Assembly (NCBI GenBank): GCA_963755695.1
Contig: CAVWLB010000009.1
Location: 206,004 to 270,003 of the forward strand
DNA from: an uncultured Acidobacteriota bacterium
Lineage (GTDB): Bacteria; Acidobacteriota; Vicinamibacteria; Vicinamibacterales; 2-12-FULL-66-21
Reading direction: 5' to 3'
Length of the DNA: 64,000 nucleotides
Shown here: positions 50,594 to 59,128 of the stretch, piece after piece
How the letters are laid out: every line of letters begins with the position of its first letter
Numbering within the stretch: the first letter of the stretch is position 1
Translations under genes and position numbers: made by a program
Notes under the pieces: generated by a model
What the model was told of the DNA's origin: nothing
The model's database searches: none
Seen by the model: the letters and a program-made list of their open reading frames with translations, nothing else

Positions 50594-51392
50594 GCTTGCG
50601 CGCCCATAGGTTGCCGGTTGTCGTCGCGGCCGACGGGGCCGGAGTCACGGTGACCTCGTAATCCCGGCTTCGCAAGAATGTTCCGAGCGCCTCCCCCCGG
50701 CAACGCTCGGCCGGGAGATTATGGTATTCCATCCGAATCTCCCGAATCTTCTCGAGATATCGATCCGGCGTGCCGTAGAGGATTTCGTATTCCGCCCCCT
50801 CGCAATCCATCTTTAGCAGATCGACGCGTTCGAGCGCGTGTGCGTCGAGGATGCCGGCGAGCGACACGCACTGAACAGCGACCTTGCGCATCATCCGATC
50901 GGCGTCCGCCGGAATGAACGTGGGGAATGAAAACGTGCGGTTCTCGAGGAACAGCTCGCGGATGCCGCCGTCGGCAGCGACGCCGAGGTTGAAGCACTCG
51001 ACCGCCTGTTCCAGCCGGTTCATGTGGATGTTGTCCTGCATGAGCCGATAGAACTCAGGCATCGGTTCGTAGGCGTAGACCTTCACATCGCGGGCGGACA
51101 TGGCGGCATAGACCGAGAACGCGCCGATGTTCGCGCCCACATCGACGATGACGGCCCCGTCCGCGACCCTGCCGTACTCCTCGCGCAGGAAAATCTCGAT
51201 GATCGGAACGTGGTCGACACCGCGACCGATGAGAAGACGCGCGCGATTGCGAAAGGCATAGGGTGTGTCGGGCACCACGCCCAACGCGTAGTTGAACATG
51301 AAGCGCGGCCAGGTTTTCACCTTGCGTGCCGCCAGCGGCGTGAGCCGTAGCCGGCGTGCCACTTTCGACGGAGAGCGGAAACCCGCAACCAT
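50586..51392 (-). CDS. FkbM-family methyltransferase
   Basis: IVDVGANIGAFS; AYEP; LLKMDCEGAEYEIL; MEYH. Confidence 0.9.
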   Translation of the reverse strand: MVAGFRSPSKVARRLRLTPLAARKVKTWPRFMFNYALGVVPDTPYAFRNRARLLIGRGVDHVPIIEIFLREEYGRVADGAVIVDVGANIGAFSVYAAMSARDVKVYAYEPMPEFYRLMQDNIHMNRLEQAVECFNLGVAADGGIRELFLENRTFSFPTFIPADADRMMRKVAVQCVSLAGILDAHALERVDLLKMDCEGAEYEILYGTPDRYLEKIREIRMEYHNLPAERCRGEALGTFLRSRDYEVTVTPAPSAATTTGNLWARKHD

Positions 51393-51399
51393 GTGATGG

Positions 51400-52351
51400 T
51401 CACCGCCTCGCCCGGTCGTCCTCCATCAAGACCGCGTAGCCGATGCCCGTCTCGCCAAATCCGTTGCCGTTGTACGAGCATGTACTTGAGCCCGCGATGC
51501 TCGTAGACGAAGGGATACTCCATCATCACCGAATCCCACCCGTCAGCCGCACGGTCAATCCCGACCAGATCGTCCAGGCGCTGCCAGCGCACGCCATCTT
51601 CCGACTCCGCATATCCGATCCGATAGCTCTGAGCCTTGTCGGTGCGGTAGTTGACGCTACCGCGGAAGCAGTACCACATCCGGTAGATGCCGTTCTCCTT
51701 GATCACACAAGGACGCGCGTTCGCCTCTCCGTCGAACCGATAGTCGAGGCAGACCAGGTTGTCCCTGACCCACTCGCGGCCGTCCAGCGACTCGGCGTAT
51801 TTCACCTGATAGACAGGCTCCGGCTTCTGGTTGACCACGACGAAGCCGGTCGCCGAGGCGTACCACAGCTTCCACTTTTCATCGTCGATCATCGCGAAGG
51901 GAGACGCGCAGAAGTATGGCTCCAGACGCGTCCGATCGACAATCGGTCCCTCAAAGACGCGGGTGAACGTGACACCGCCATCGGTGCTCGCGGCCAGACC
52001 GACGGCGTTGCGATAAGGGACGGTGACCCCTCGATTCCAGCCGATGTAGAAGAGGTATTTCGTGCCCTCATGACTCACCAGGCATGACGGCATCGCGCCA
52101 CTGTCGTCGAACGTGCCGAGTTTGCCCGGCGAGAGAATCGGTCGATCGTGAACGTAGAGGACCTTGGAGGGATTGTCGGCCTCAACCTCGATGAATGTCG
52201 TGACGGTCCGCCCCTGCTGATCGCGTGGTCCGAAGTAGATTCGAAGGACGCCGTCGCTGATCTGGTCGGCAATCGGCACACACGCGTGATGCGACATCCA
52301 TGGGTAGTGGTTGTCGACCCGGAAGATCACGCCCTTCTTTTCCCACCGCAT
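51400..52351 (-). CDS. Five-bladed beta-propeller glycosidase-like protein (GH32/43/130-like), frameshift near 51476
   Basis: PG.LGTFDDSG; YLFYIGW; IGYAES.DG..W; WDS.M.EYP; corrected terminus YMLYNGNGFGETGIGYAV. Confidence 0.75.
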
Positions 52352-52358
52352 CCGGGCG

Positions 52359-53039
52359 TTATCCTTTGGACTTGTATGACAGGCTGCGAAGCTGGTCGCT
52401 GCGGACGCGCGCCGGCTCGCTGCCAGGTGCCCTGTACACCTCGAACGCTTGCGTGTCCCTGACAATGGCCACGCCCATTCCGACGAGCGTGTCGTGTGCG
52501 ACCACGGCCTCGTCGCGGACGGTCGAATTCACGCCGAAGAAGCAGTATTCCTCGATCGTGCAGCAGCCGGAAATCACGACATGAGAGGTGATCGTGACGT
52601 GATCCTTGATCGCCGTGTGGTGCCCGATGTGATTGCCGCTCCACATCACGACGTCGTTACCGATGTCGACGAACGGCTGGATGGTATTGTCCTCGAGGAT
52701 GAAACAATTGTCCCCGCACGTGAACCCCGGCCAGGTCGTCGCCTGGGAGCTGACATAGCTGACGAGTTCGTAGCCGCGTTCCTTCGCGTTGCGGTATTTC
52801 CCGGCACGGACGTGGTTCATCTTCTTGAAGCTCATCGGGATGAACATGCGGTATCGATCCGGCGGATAGTGCCGCTCCACCTCTTCGAACGGAACTACCG
52901 GAAGCCCTTGGAACCGATCGGCCGTCAGGTAGCTGCGGTCAACCGTGAAGGCCGCCACGTCGTGTGGGGAGTCGTGGGTCAGATAGAAATACGCCAGCTC
53001 CGCCCATTGACCGACGCCAAAGATGATCACATCCGCCAC
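52359..53039 (-). CDS. Hexapeptide-repeat sugar acetyltransferase (NeuD/PglD-like)
   Basis: IIFGVG; GDNCFILEDNTIQPFVDIGNDV; HIGHH; left-handed beta-helix repeats. Confidence 0.85.
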   Translation of the reverse strand: MADVIIFGVGQWAELAYFYLTHDSPHDVAAFTVDRSYLTADRFQGLPVVPFEEVERHYPPDRYRMFIPMSFKKMNHVRAGKYRNAKERGYELVSYVSSQATTWPGFTCGDNCFILEDNTIQPFVDIGNDVVMWSGNHIGHHTAIKDHVTITSHVVISGCCTIEEYCFFGVNSTVRDEAVVAHDTLVGMGVAIVRDTQAFEVYRAPGSEPARVRSDQLRSLSYKSKG

Positions 53040-53054
53040 GGCGAGCGCTCCAGG

Positions 53055-53981
53055 TTATGCAAACTCACCCCTCCGGTAGGCTGGGAAATAGTCGCTGTCC
53101 TGCAGCCCTCGAGCAGCGAGGGCATCCGCATACTGCTCGTGATTGAAGATGCGTCCGCAGAAGTACGTGGGGCGTGTCTCCGTTGCCCAACCTTTCTTGA
53201 ATCGAGAGAGACCGTCCGTGCCGTCACTGCTCAACCCCGCCCCGGCACCGAAATCGATCCACACGGCCTGATCGGCGAAGGTCTTCAGCGCAAACCAGTA
53301 CAGTGCGTAGGAGACCTGTAAGTCATAGCCCGGCGCGTTTGCCGCGGCAAGATGACTGTAAACGACGTCGTCCTGCAGATACCACAGATGCGCGCCGACG
53401 GTCTGGCCGGCATGGATTGCTCGGAGCATGACCACGCCGGGTATGGTCAGTTGCATGCTGAACGCGCGACGAGAAAACGCTTTGATTCCGCTCAACTGAT
53501 GCCGCGCGGTGAGATGGTCATACAACGACAGCCATTCATCGAGAAACTGACTCGGTTGATCGCAGCGCTCGATCTCGACGAGAGGCAGCGCGCGCTGAGC
53601 GTAGTAGCGATGGTGCTTCGTGACGAACTCCCCGGGCCGGCGACGCAAATCGGCGACGAAATGCGCCTTGTACGGAACGACTTTGTGGGTGAAACACTTC
53701 TGCAGGTCCTGCCGGTCGTAGCCTCCGAAAGGATCCGTGACCAGCGACACGCAAATCAGGTCTGCGGCAAGCTCATCGACGTCAGACTTCAATCCCGACC
53801 AGTCAACGCAGGTAAAGAGGGGATAACACCCCATCGCATCCTTGGACCATCGACCGGTGACTGAGCGTTCGAGAATCCATCCACCGCTTCGTGGCAAAGG
53901 GCGCGGCATCCCGAATTCGGCAAGTGAGCCGGCGTAGTCGGGATGACGGTATCCGCTCAGCTCGGTGGCAGGGGCGTGCAA
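53055..53981 (-). CDS. GNAT/FemAB-like protein
   Basis: DAMGCYP; YSHLAA; DFGAGAG...DGLSRFKKGW; YFPAYR. Confidence 0.75.
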   Translation of the reverse strand: MHAPATELSGYRHPDYAGSLAEFGMPRPLPRSGGWILERSVTGRWSKDAMGCYPLFTCVDWSGLKSDVDELAADLICVSLVTDPFGGYDRQDLQKCFTHKVVPYKAHFVADLRRRPGEFVTKHHRYYAQRALPLVEIERCDQPSQFLDEWLSLYDHLTARHQLSGIKAFSRRAFSMQLTIPGVVMLRAIHAGQTVGAHLWYLQDDVVYSHLAAANAPGYDLQVSYALYWFALKTFADQAVWIDFGAGAGLSSDGTDGLSRFKKGWATETRPTYFCGRIFNHEQYADALAARGLQDSDYFPAYRRGEFA

Positions 53982-54002
53982 GGGTGAATCACCAGCGCGA
54001 CA

Positions 54003-55088
54003 TCAATCCGCAACCAGCGCGTCGACCGCATTCCGGGCTGCTTCCGCAACCCGCTGGACGTCTCTCGACGCGAGATCGCGGAAGAACGGCAGGGCCAGCG
54101 TCGAATTCGCCAGCGCATCGGTGACAGTCAAAGAGGTGCGCTGAAATCCCGCGGTTGCCTGGTGTGCATGCGCCCCGTCGCCCCACCATCGTCGAGTTTC
54201 CACACCGGCGCCATGCAGCGTATCGGCAAGCGTACCGCCTCGGAGTTGGCCACTCGATGATGCACGTCGACGAGATCCAGGATTCCCGAATCCCTCCTGA
54301 AATCGCAGCCGGGTCGATTCCGGCAGCGCCTCTCGGTAGGCGCGCGCCACCGCGGTCCACTCGGCGCGCACGTCGGTCCATTCGTCGAGCGCCGCGAGGC
54401 CGACCGCGGCGTGATACTCGCTCAACTTGGCGTTGGCGGATGCGACGCTGGCTTCTCTGGTACCCGCGAACCCGAAATTCGAACGCGTGCGAAGATCGCG
54501 AATGAGCGCGGTGTCATTGCTGATTACGACGCCTCCCTCGCCAATGCCGAAGACCTTGGTGGCATGCAGGCTGACCACGGCGGGTACCGCGCCGGGTTTG
54601 ATCGCGTCGAAGCCGGTCGCCGCATCGACCACGACCGGCAGGCTGGTACGGGATCGGAACCGATCCCAGGCCGCAATGTCGATCGGGCGCCCGAAGGGCA
54701 CCACCGGCATTACGGCGCCGATCGTGCCCGGTGCGTCCGAAATGACGTCGGCGATCGTGCCGGGATCGATCGCCCACGTACGCGGATCGACGTCGACGAA
54801 ATACGGAACGAGCCCGGCCATGGTTGCGGCGTGCGCTGATGCCACGAAGGTCCAGGCCGGCATGACGCAGAGAGTCCGCGGCCGCGCGCCGAGCGTGGTG
54901 AGCGCCAGCGTCAGCCCGACGGTTGCATTGGCAACGGTCGTGGTGGTCCCGCCGCGCAGCCCAAAGCGGGCGGCCAGGCGATCCTCGAACGTCCGTACGA
55001 GAGGTCCAAAATTGCTGTAGATCCGCGATGAATCGATCGATTTCCAATAAGGCAACACACGCTCCGCGGACGGGAGCTTGGGCCGCAT
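54003..55088 (-). CDS. DegT-family aminotransferase (probable compensating frameshifts about 54240-54287)
   Basis: SNFGPL; NATVGL; TFVASAHA; VVDAA; SLHATKVFGIGEGG; NAKLSE. Confidence 0.85.
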   Translation of the reverse strand: MRPKLPSAERVLPYWKSIDSSRIYSNFGPLVRTFEDRLAARFGLRGGTTTTVANATVGLTLALTTLGARPRTLCVMPAWTFVASAHAATMAGLVPYFVDVDPRTWAIDPGTIADVISDAPGTIGAVMPVVPFGRPIDIAAWDRFRSRTSLPVVVDAATGFDAIKPGAVPAVVSLHATKVFGIGEGGVVISNDTALIRDLRTRSNFGFAGTREASVASANAKLSEYHAAVGLAALDEWTDVRAEWTAVARAYREALPESTRLRFQEGFGNPGSRRRASSSGQLRGGTLADTLHGAGVETRRWWGDGAHAHQATAGFQRTSLTVTDALANSTLALPFFRDLASRDVQRVAEAARNAVDALVAD

Positions 55089-55241
55089 CGTAGGAATGGT
55101 GGGACTCGTTCGATGATCCCCATTGATTTATCGGCTGAAACGACAGAGTGTAGCATCAACCTTGAGACCGATGGTACGCGTCATTCAGCTGGAGCGGAGC
55201 GATCATCAATCGGCATCCCGCCTTTCTTCAGTCCTTCGATT

Positions 55242-56138
55242 ATGGCCGTCGCACTCATAACCGGTACGAGCACGGGGATCGGCCTCGAAACCGCGCTGGT
55301 GTTTGCGCGCAGGGGTTATCACGTCTTCGCGGCCGCCCGGAATCCGACGAACTCGGAAGGGCTGTTGCGCGCATCGGAGGAGCGACTGCCGATCACACCG
55401 ATCGTGCTCGACGTCGACAACGACGAATCGGTACGCGAGGCGGTCGAGAAGGCCGGTTCCGTCGATGTGCTCGTCAACAACGCCGGCATCGGCTCCGCGG
55501 CTCCCGTCGAACACATGCCGATGCAGGAGATCCGGGCGCTGTTTGAAACGAACTTCTTCGGCGCGGTCCGGATGATGCAGGCCGTTCTCCCGTCGATGCG
55601 TGAGCGGCGCAGCGGAACTGTCGTGAATGTCGCCTCGATAATGGGCCGGATCACGCTGCCGTGCCATGGCTACTACGCGGCCACCAAGTTCGCGCTCGAA
55701 GCAGTCAGCGAATCGCTCGCGATGGAGATGCAGCCATTCGGCGTACGGGTCGCGATTATCGAGCCCGGCGTGATTCTGACGCCCATCTGGGGCAAGCGCC
55801 AGCCGTCTCTACCTGCTGTCCACGAGTACGGGCCGGCGCTCGAACGCTTGTGGCGTACCTTTGCGCCGCAGATGGACGGCGGCACGCTGCCCGGCATCGT
55901 CGGACAGGCAATCTACGAGACAGTGACGAATCCGGCGGCGCCTCTGCACGTTCCCGTAGGAGACGATGCCGAGTTGATCTCGGCGGTCAGGGATCGGGTG
56001 ACAGCCGAAGAATGGATCTCGCTTTTCGCCGAACCCGACAAGGACCGGTTCGTGGCCCGAGCCGCGGAAATGTTCGGCGTGGACATGATGAACCCGCCGT
56101 CACTGAATGCACGCCGCGCGAGCAGCCGGGCTCGTTGA
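55242..56138 (+). CDS. SDR-family oxidoreductase
   Basis: ITGTSTGIG; NNAG; YAATK; IEPG. Confidence 0.92.
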   Translation: MAVALITGTSTGIGLETALVFARRGYHVFAAARNPTNSEGLLRASEERLPITPIVLDVDNDESVREAVEKAGSVDVLVNNAGIGSAAPVEHMPMQEIRALFETNFFGAVRMMQAVLPSMRERRSGTVVNVASIMGRITLPCHGYYAATKFALEAVSESLAMEMQPFGVRVAIIEPGVILTPIWGKRQPSLPAVHEYGPALERLWRTFAPQMDGGTLPGIVGQAIYETVTNPAAPLHVPVGDDAELISAVRDRVTAEEWISLFAEPDKDRFVARAAEMFGVDMMNPPSLNARRASSRAR

Positions 56139-56446
56139 CATCCACAGTATTTGACTCACTGACGTCGTAAGGGCACGGCCGGATCGAAGTGGTCGATGAT
56201 CGAGGCGTCCCAGGTAGTCTCGTCGAGGCGCAGACGATTGGCTGTGTGTCGTCTACCGAGGCGCTGCAGCCGTCAATCACTCCCTGCGGAACCTGTTGCA
56301 GCCGCTCCACAGCGAACGTGTCCGATGACACCCTCACCGCTGTGGTGCCCACGACTCGTTTACAGGCCGGACACGGCGAACGTTCTCATGTCCCGTGACG
56401 AACCGGACGGAGGACTTTTTGCTGCTGTTTTCCCACGCCACGCGAT

Positions 56447-56462
56447 CGGCGCCGGTTTTGCG
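56447..56462 (+). promoter_or_regulatory. Sigma54-like promoter
   Basis: CGGCGCCGGTTTTGCG about 120 bp upstream of ATG 56581. Confidence 0.4.
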
Positions 56463-56580
56463 GCGTGGTGCGGTCCGGGCACGTCAAAACCGTCACGGAC
56501 GGAACAAATTCGTACTGACAATTCCGCGCGTGCTTGGTGCCGACAACCGGCGGAGTCCAGGACAATCGCAGGAGGATCAG

Positions 56581-57474
56581 ATGATTCGACGCGCCGCGGC
56601 CGTTATCCTCGTGCTCATCTTCACGCCGGCGCTGCTGCAGGCCCAGGACGCCGTGCTCACGGTCACGGCTGCTTCGGCAGAGATTCACAAGGGGCCGAGC
56701 ATCGTCACGCCGGTCATCGGCCACGCGGCCCGAGACACGGTTCTGCCCGTCACGCGCAATCTGGGAAGTTGGGTCAAGGTCGACTGGCCCGCAGGTCCTG
56801 ATGGCGCCGGGTACGTGCACGTGACGATGGGACGCCTCCGAACACTCGAGGCAGATGCGTCCATGGCCACGATGGCGCCGCGAGCGATCACCACGTCTGT
56901 GTCCGTGCCTACGCCGACGGAAATATCCGAATCCGCGCCGATTGCGCCGCGGACTGGCACGTCAGCAGAGCGCATCGCCTTGAGCGGTCCACAGGGCGTG
57001 ACGCCAATCAGTCACGTTTTCGGTGTTGGCGGCCTGGTCGGATCCACCAAGAGCTTCGGCGCGACTGCTCGCGCGTGGCGCAATGACCACTTCGGCATTC
57101 AGCTTCGGTTGACGCGAGATCACATCACGGGCGACTCCGCTGCGGGCGGCGTGACTTCCATGCAGTTCGAGCCCGGCGTGGTGTACTCGCCATTCGACCA
57201 CGTCAGCGACTATGTTTGGATCCGCCCTTACCTCGGTTCCGGCGTCACGTTCGGTCACCAGACGTTAAAGAGCTCGGCGCCTGCCGGGATCGAGCCCCGG
57301 TCTGACAACGCTGCTGGATTTCACATCTTCGGCGGCACCGAGCTGACCTTCGCGAGTGTGACACGGTTCGGACTGAGCGCGGATCTCGGTTACCGACGAC
57401 TCCCGGCGCCGTTCCCAGGATTCGAGACAGATCGGCTGAGTATGTCGATCGCCGGGCACTGGTACTTCAAATAG
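56581..57474 (+). CDS. SH3b-like domain plus small outer-membrane beta-barrel
   Basis: GGAGG RBS; signal peptide; IHKGPS..VIG..GSWVKV..GYVH; Pro/Thr linker; RPYLGSG; ends GHWYFK. Confidence 0.7.
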   Translation: MIRRAAAVILVLIFTPALLQAQDAVLTVTAASAEIHKGPSIVTPVIGHAARDTVLPVTRNLGSWVKVDWPAGPDGAGYVHVTMGRLRTLEADASMATMAPRAITTSVSVPTPTEISESAPIAPRTGTSAERIALSGPQGVTPISHVFGVGGLVGSTKSFGATARAWRNDHFGIQLRLTRDHITGDSAAGGVTSMQFEPGVVYSPFDHVSDYVWIRPYLGSGVTFGHQTLKSSAPAGIEPRSDNAAGFHIFGGTELTFASVTRFGLSADLGYRRLPAPFPGFETDRLSMSIAGHWYFK

Positions 57475-57575
57475 TGGCGGCGCCGGACAGGTCGTCGAGG
57501 CGACCTTCGTTGCCGGCGTGCGTCGCGTTCCATCGCACGCCTCGGCAGCGATCGGTGGCGACTTCGATCTCCCCA

Positions 57576-58445
57576 TCAGCCAAACACGATTGTCCGATTC
57601 CCGAAGATCAACACGCGCCGCTGCAGGTGCAGGCGCACCGCCCGCGTGAGCACCTGTCGTTCGAGCTCGCGGCCTTTCTGCACGAGATCGTCCACGTCAT
57701 CCCGGTGGCTGACGCGACACACGTCTTGCTCGATGATTGGTCCCTGATCGAGCTCCTGGGTGACGTAGTGTGCGGTGGCGCCAATGAGCTTGACCCCGCG
57801 TTCCTTGGCCTGATGGTAGGGCCTGGCGCCCACGAAGGCGGGCAGGAACGAATGGTGGATGTTGATAATCTTACCGGGCCAGCGCTCGACGACCGCCGGT
57901 GACAGGATTTGCATGTACCGCGCGAGCACGACGAGATCCACCTGCAGCTCGTCGAGGAGCGCCATCTGCGTCGCCTCCCCAGCGCGACGATTCGCCGGGT
58001 CGACCGGTGTATGGGTGAATGCCACGTCGAAATGCCGGCACACGTCATCGAGCACGTCGTGGTTCGAGATCACCCGGACGATGTCGCCGCCCAGTTCACC
58101 AAGTTGGCGGCAGAGCAACAGGTCGTAAAGACAGTGCGGCGTCTTGCTGACGAAGATCGCAACCCGCTGGCGCCGGCGGTCGAGGGTCAACTCCCAGGTC
58201 AACTCGAACCGCTGGCCCAGCGCGCCGATCGCCTCGCGCATCGCTGGCTCGTCAAGTTGGAACCTCGCGAGATCCCAACGCAGGCGCATGAAGAAGAACC
58301 CCTTCTCTCCCTCTGCTCTCTCGGCGTGCTGATCTGCATCGAGGATGTTGCCGTCGTGACGAAACACAAAATCGGAAAGCGCCGCGACGAGGCCGGTGCG
58401 GTCGCGGCAACTGACGAGAAGCGTTGCGGTGGCGGGACTGCTCAT
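57576..58445 (-). CDS. purU: Formyltetrahydrofolate deformylase
   Basis: ACT domain CRDRTGLVA; HCLYDLL; LARYMQIL; INIHHSFLPAFVGARPYHQA; ATAHYVT.ELDQGPIIEQ. Confidence 0.96.
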   Translation of the reverse strand: MSSPATATLLVSCRDRTGLVAALSDFVFRHDGNILDADQHAERAEGEKGFFFMRLRWDLARFQLDEPAMREAIGALGQRFELTWELTLDRRRQRVAIFVSKTPHCLYDLLLCRQLGELGGDIVRVISNHDVLDDVCRHFDVAFTHTPVDPANRRAGEATQMALLDELQVDLVVLARYMQILSPAVVERWPGKIINIHHSFLPAFVGARPYHQAKERGVKLIGATAHYVTQELDQGPIIEQDVCRVSHRDDVDDLVQKGRELERQVLTRAVRLHLQRRVLIFGNRTIVFG

Positions 58446-58503
58446 GCCCCCTCATTTCGCTCCCACACGAGCGCCTCTTAGAGAGAGAGAGGCGCCGCGC
58501 GAA

Positions 58504-58546
58504 GCCGGGTCTCTGACGACCCGGCGGGTCTGAAGACCTGCCCTAC
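58504..58546 (-). repeat. GTAG-type REP-like palindromic element
   Basis: Minus strand GTAG-GGCAGGTC-TTCA-GACCCGCC overlapping a second hairpin GCCGGGTC-N6-GACCCGGC. Confidence 0.55.
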
Positions 58547-58588
58547 AATCCGGATCTTGCAGTCGAGACGGTGAGCCGCAGGCGATGA

Positions 58589-59047
58589 TCACGTCGGCCC
58601 TGACGCGCGATCGATACGATTGCGCACGATCCACTTGAGCAGGCGGTCCGTCGCATCCTTCGCTGCGCGCGAGCCTGTACCGGGACCGGTCCCTTTCAAG
58701 TCCGTCTCATGGTCACCGCTCGTCACATGGAGACGAATCGTCGTGGTGACCAGTGGCGTGAGCTTGATGCCGCCGAACCCGCCGTCACCCTCCTGCTGAT
58801 CGACGGCGGTGATTTCGACAATGACGTCTGCCTGCGACCGGTCGTCGACGACGCTCAGGCCCGTCGTGTGCCGAATCGCGTCGCGCATGTCGCGCACCGC
58901 GGCGCCCGGGTTCTGGCGGGGCTGATCGGGTGTCGTGCTCGGGTCGGCAGTCTCGGTGGCGAACACGTAGATCCGAACCGATTCCTTCCCGTTGGCCTGG
59001 CCACCACTGAGAAGGGCGCAGAGAGCAATCGCGGCCAGCGTGCCCAT
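58589..59047 (-). CDS. Hypothetical secreted protein
   Basis: Signal-like N-terminus; fills the gap between purU and the divergent gene. Confidence 0.6.
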   Translation of the reverse strand: MGTLAAIALCALLSGGQANGKESVRIYVFATETADPSTTPDQPRQNPGAAVRDMRDAIRHTTGLSVVDDRSQADVIVEITAVDQQEGDGGFGGIKLTPLVTTTIRLHVTSGDHETDLKGTGPGTGSRAAKDATDRLLKWIVRNRIDRASGPT

Positions 59048-59128
59048 AGCTCGATTATCGCTCCACCGAGCCGTGTTGGATCGGAGCTCGATTGGCAGGA
59101 AGACGGTTCAGGATTTACTCTGGATGCT

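Noticed and set aside
58471-58496. (GA)n run upstream of purU
   Set aside because: Short and part of a simple hairpin, probably a terminator for the upstream gene
58709-59128. Long N-terminal extensions in the ORF track (also starts at 12146, 18469, 28770, 30995, 52465, 56395)
   Set aside because: They overlap neighbouring genes or promoters; downstream starts have signal peptides, RBSs or stop-start coupling
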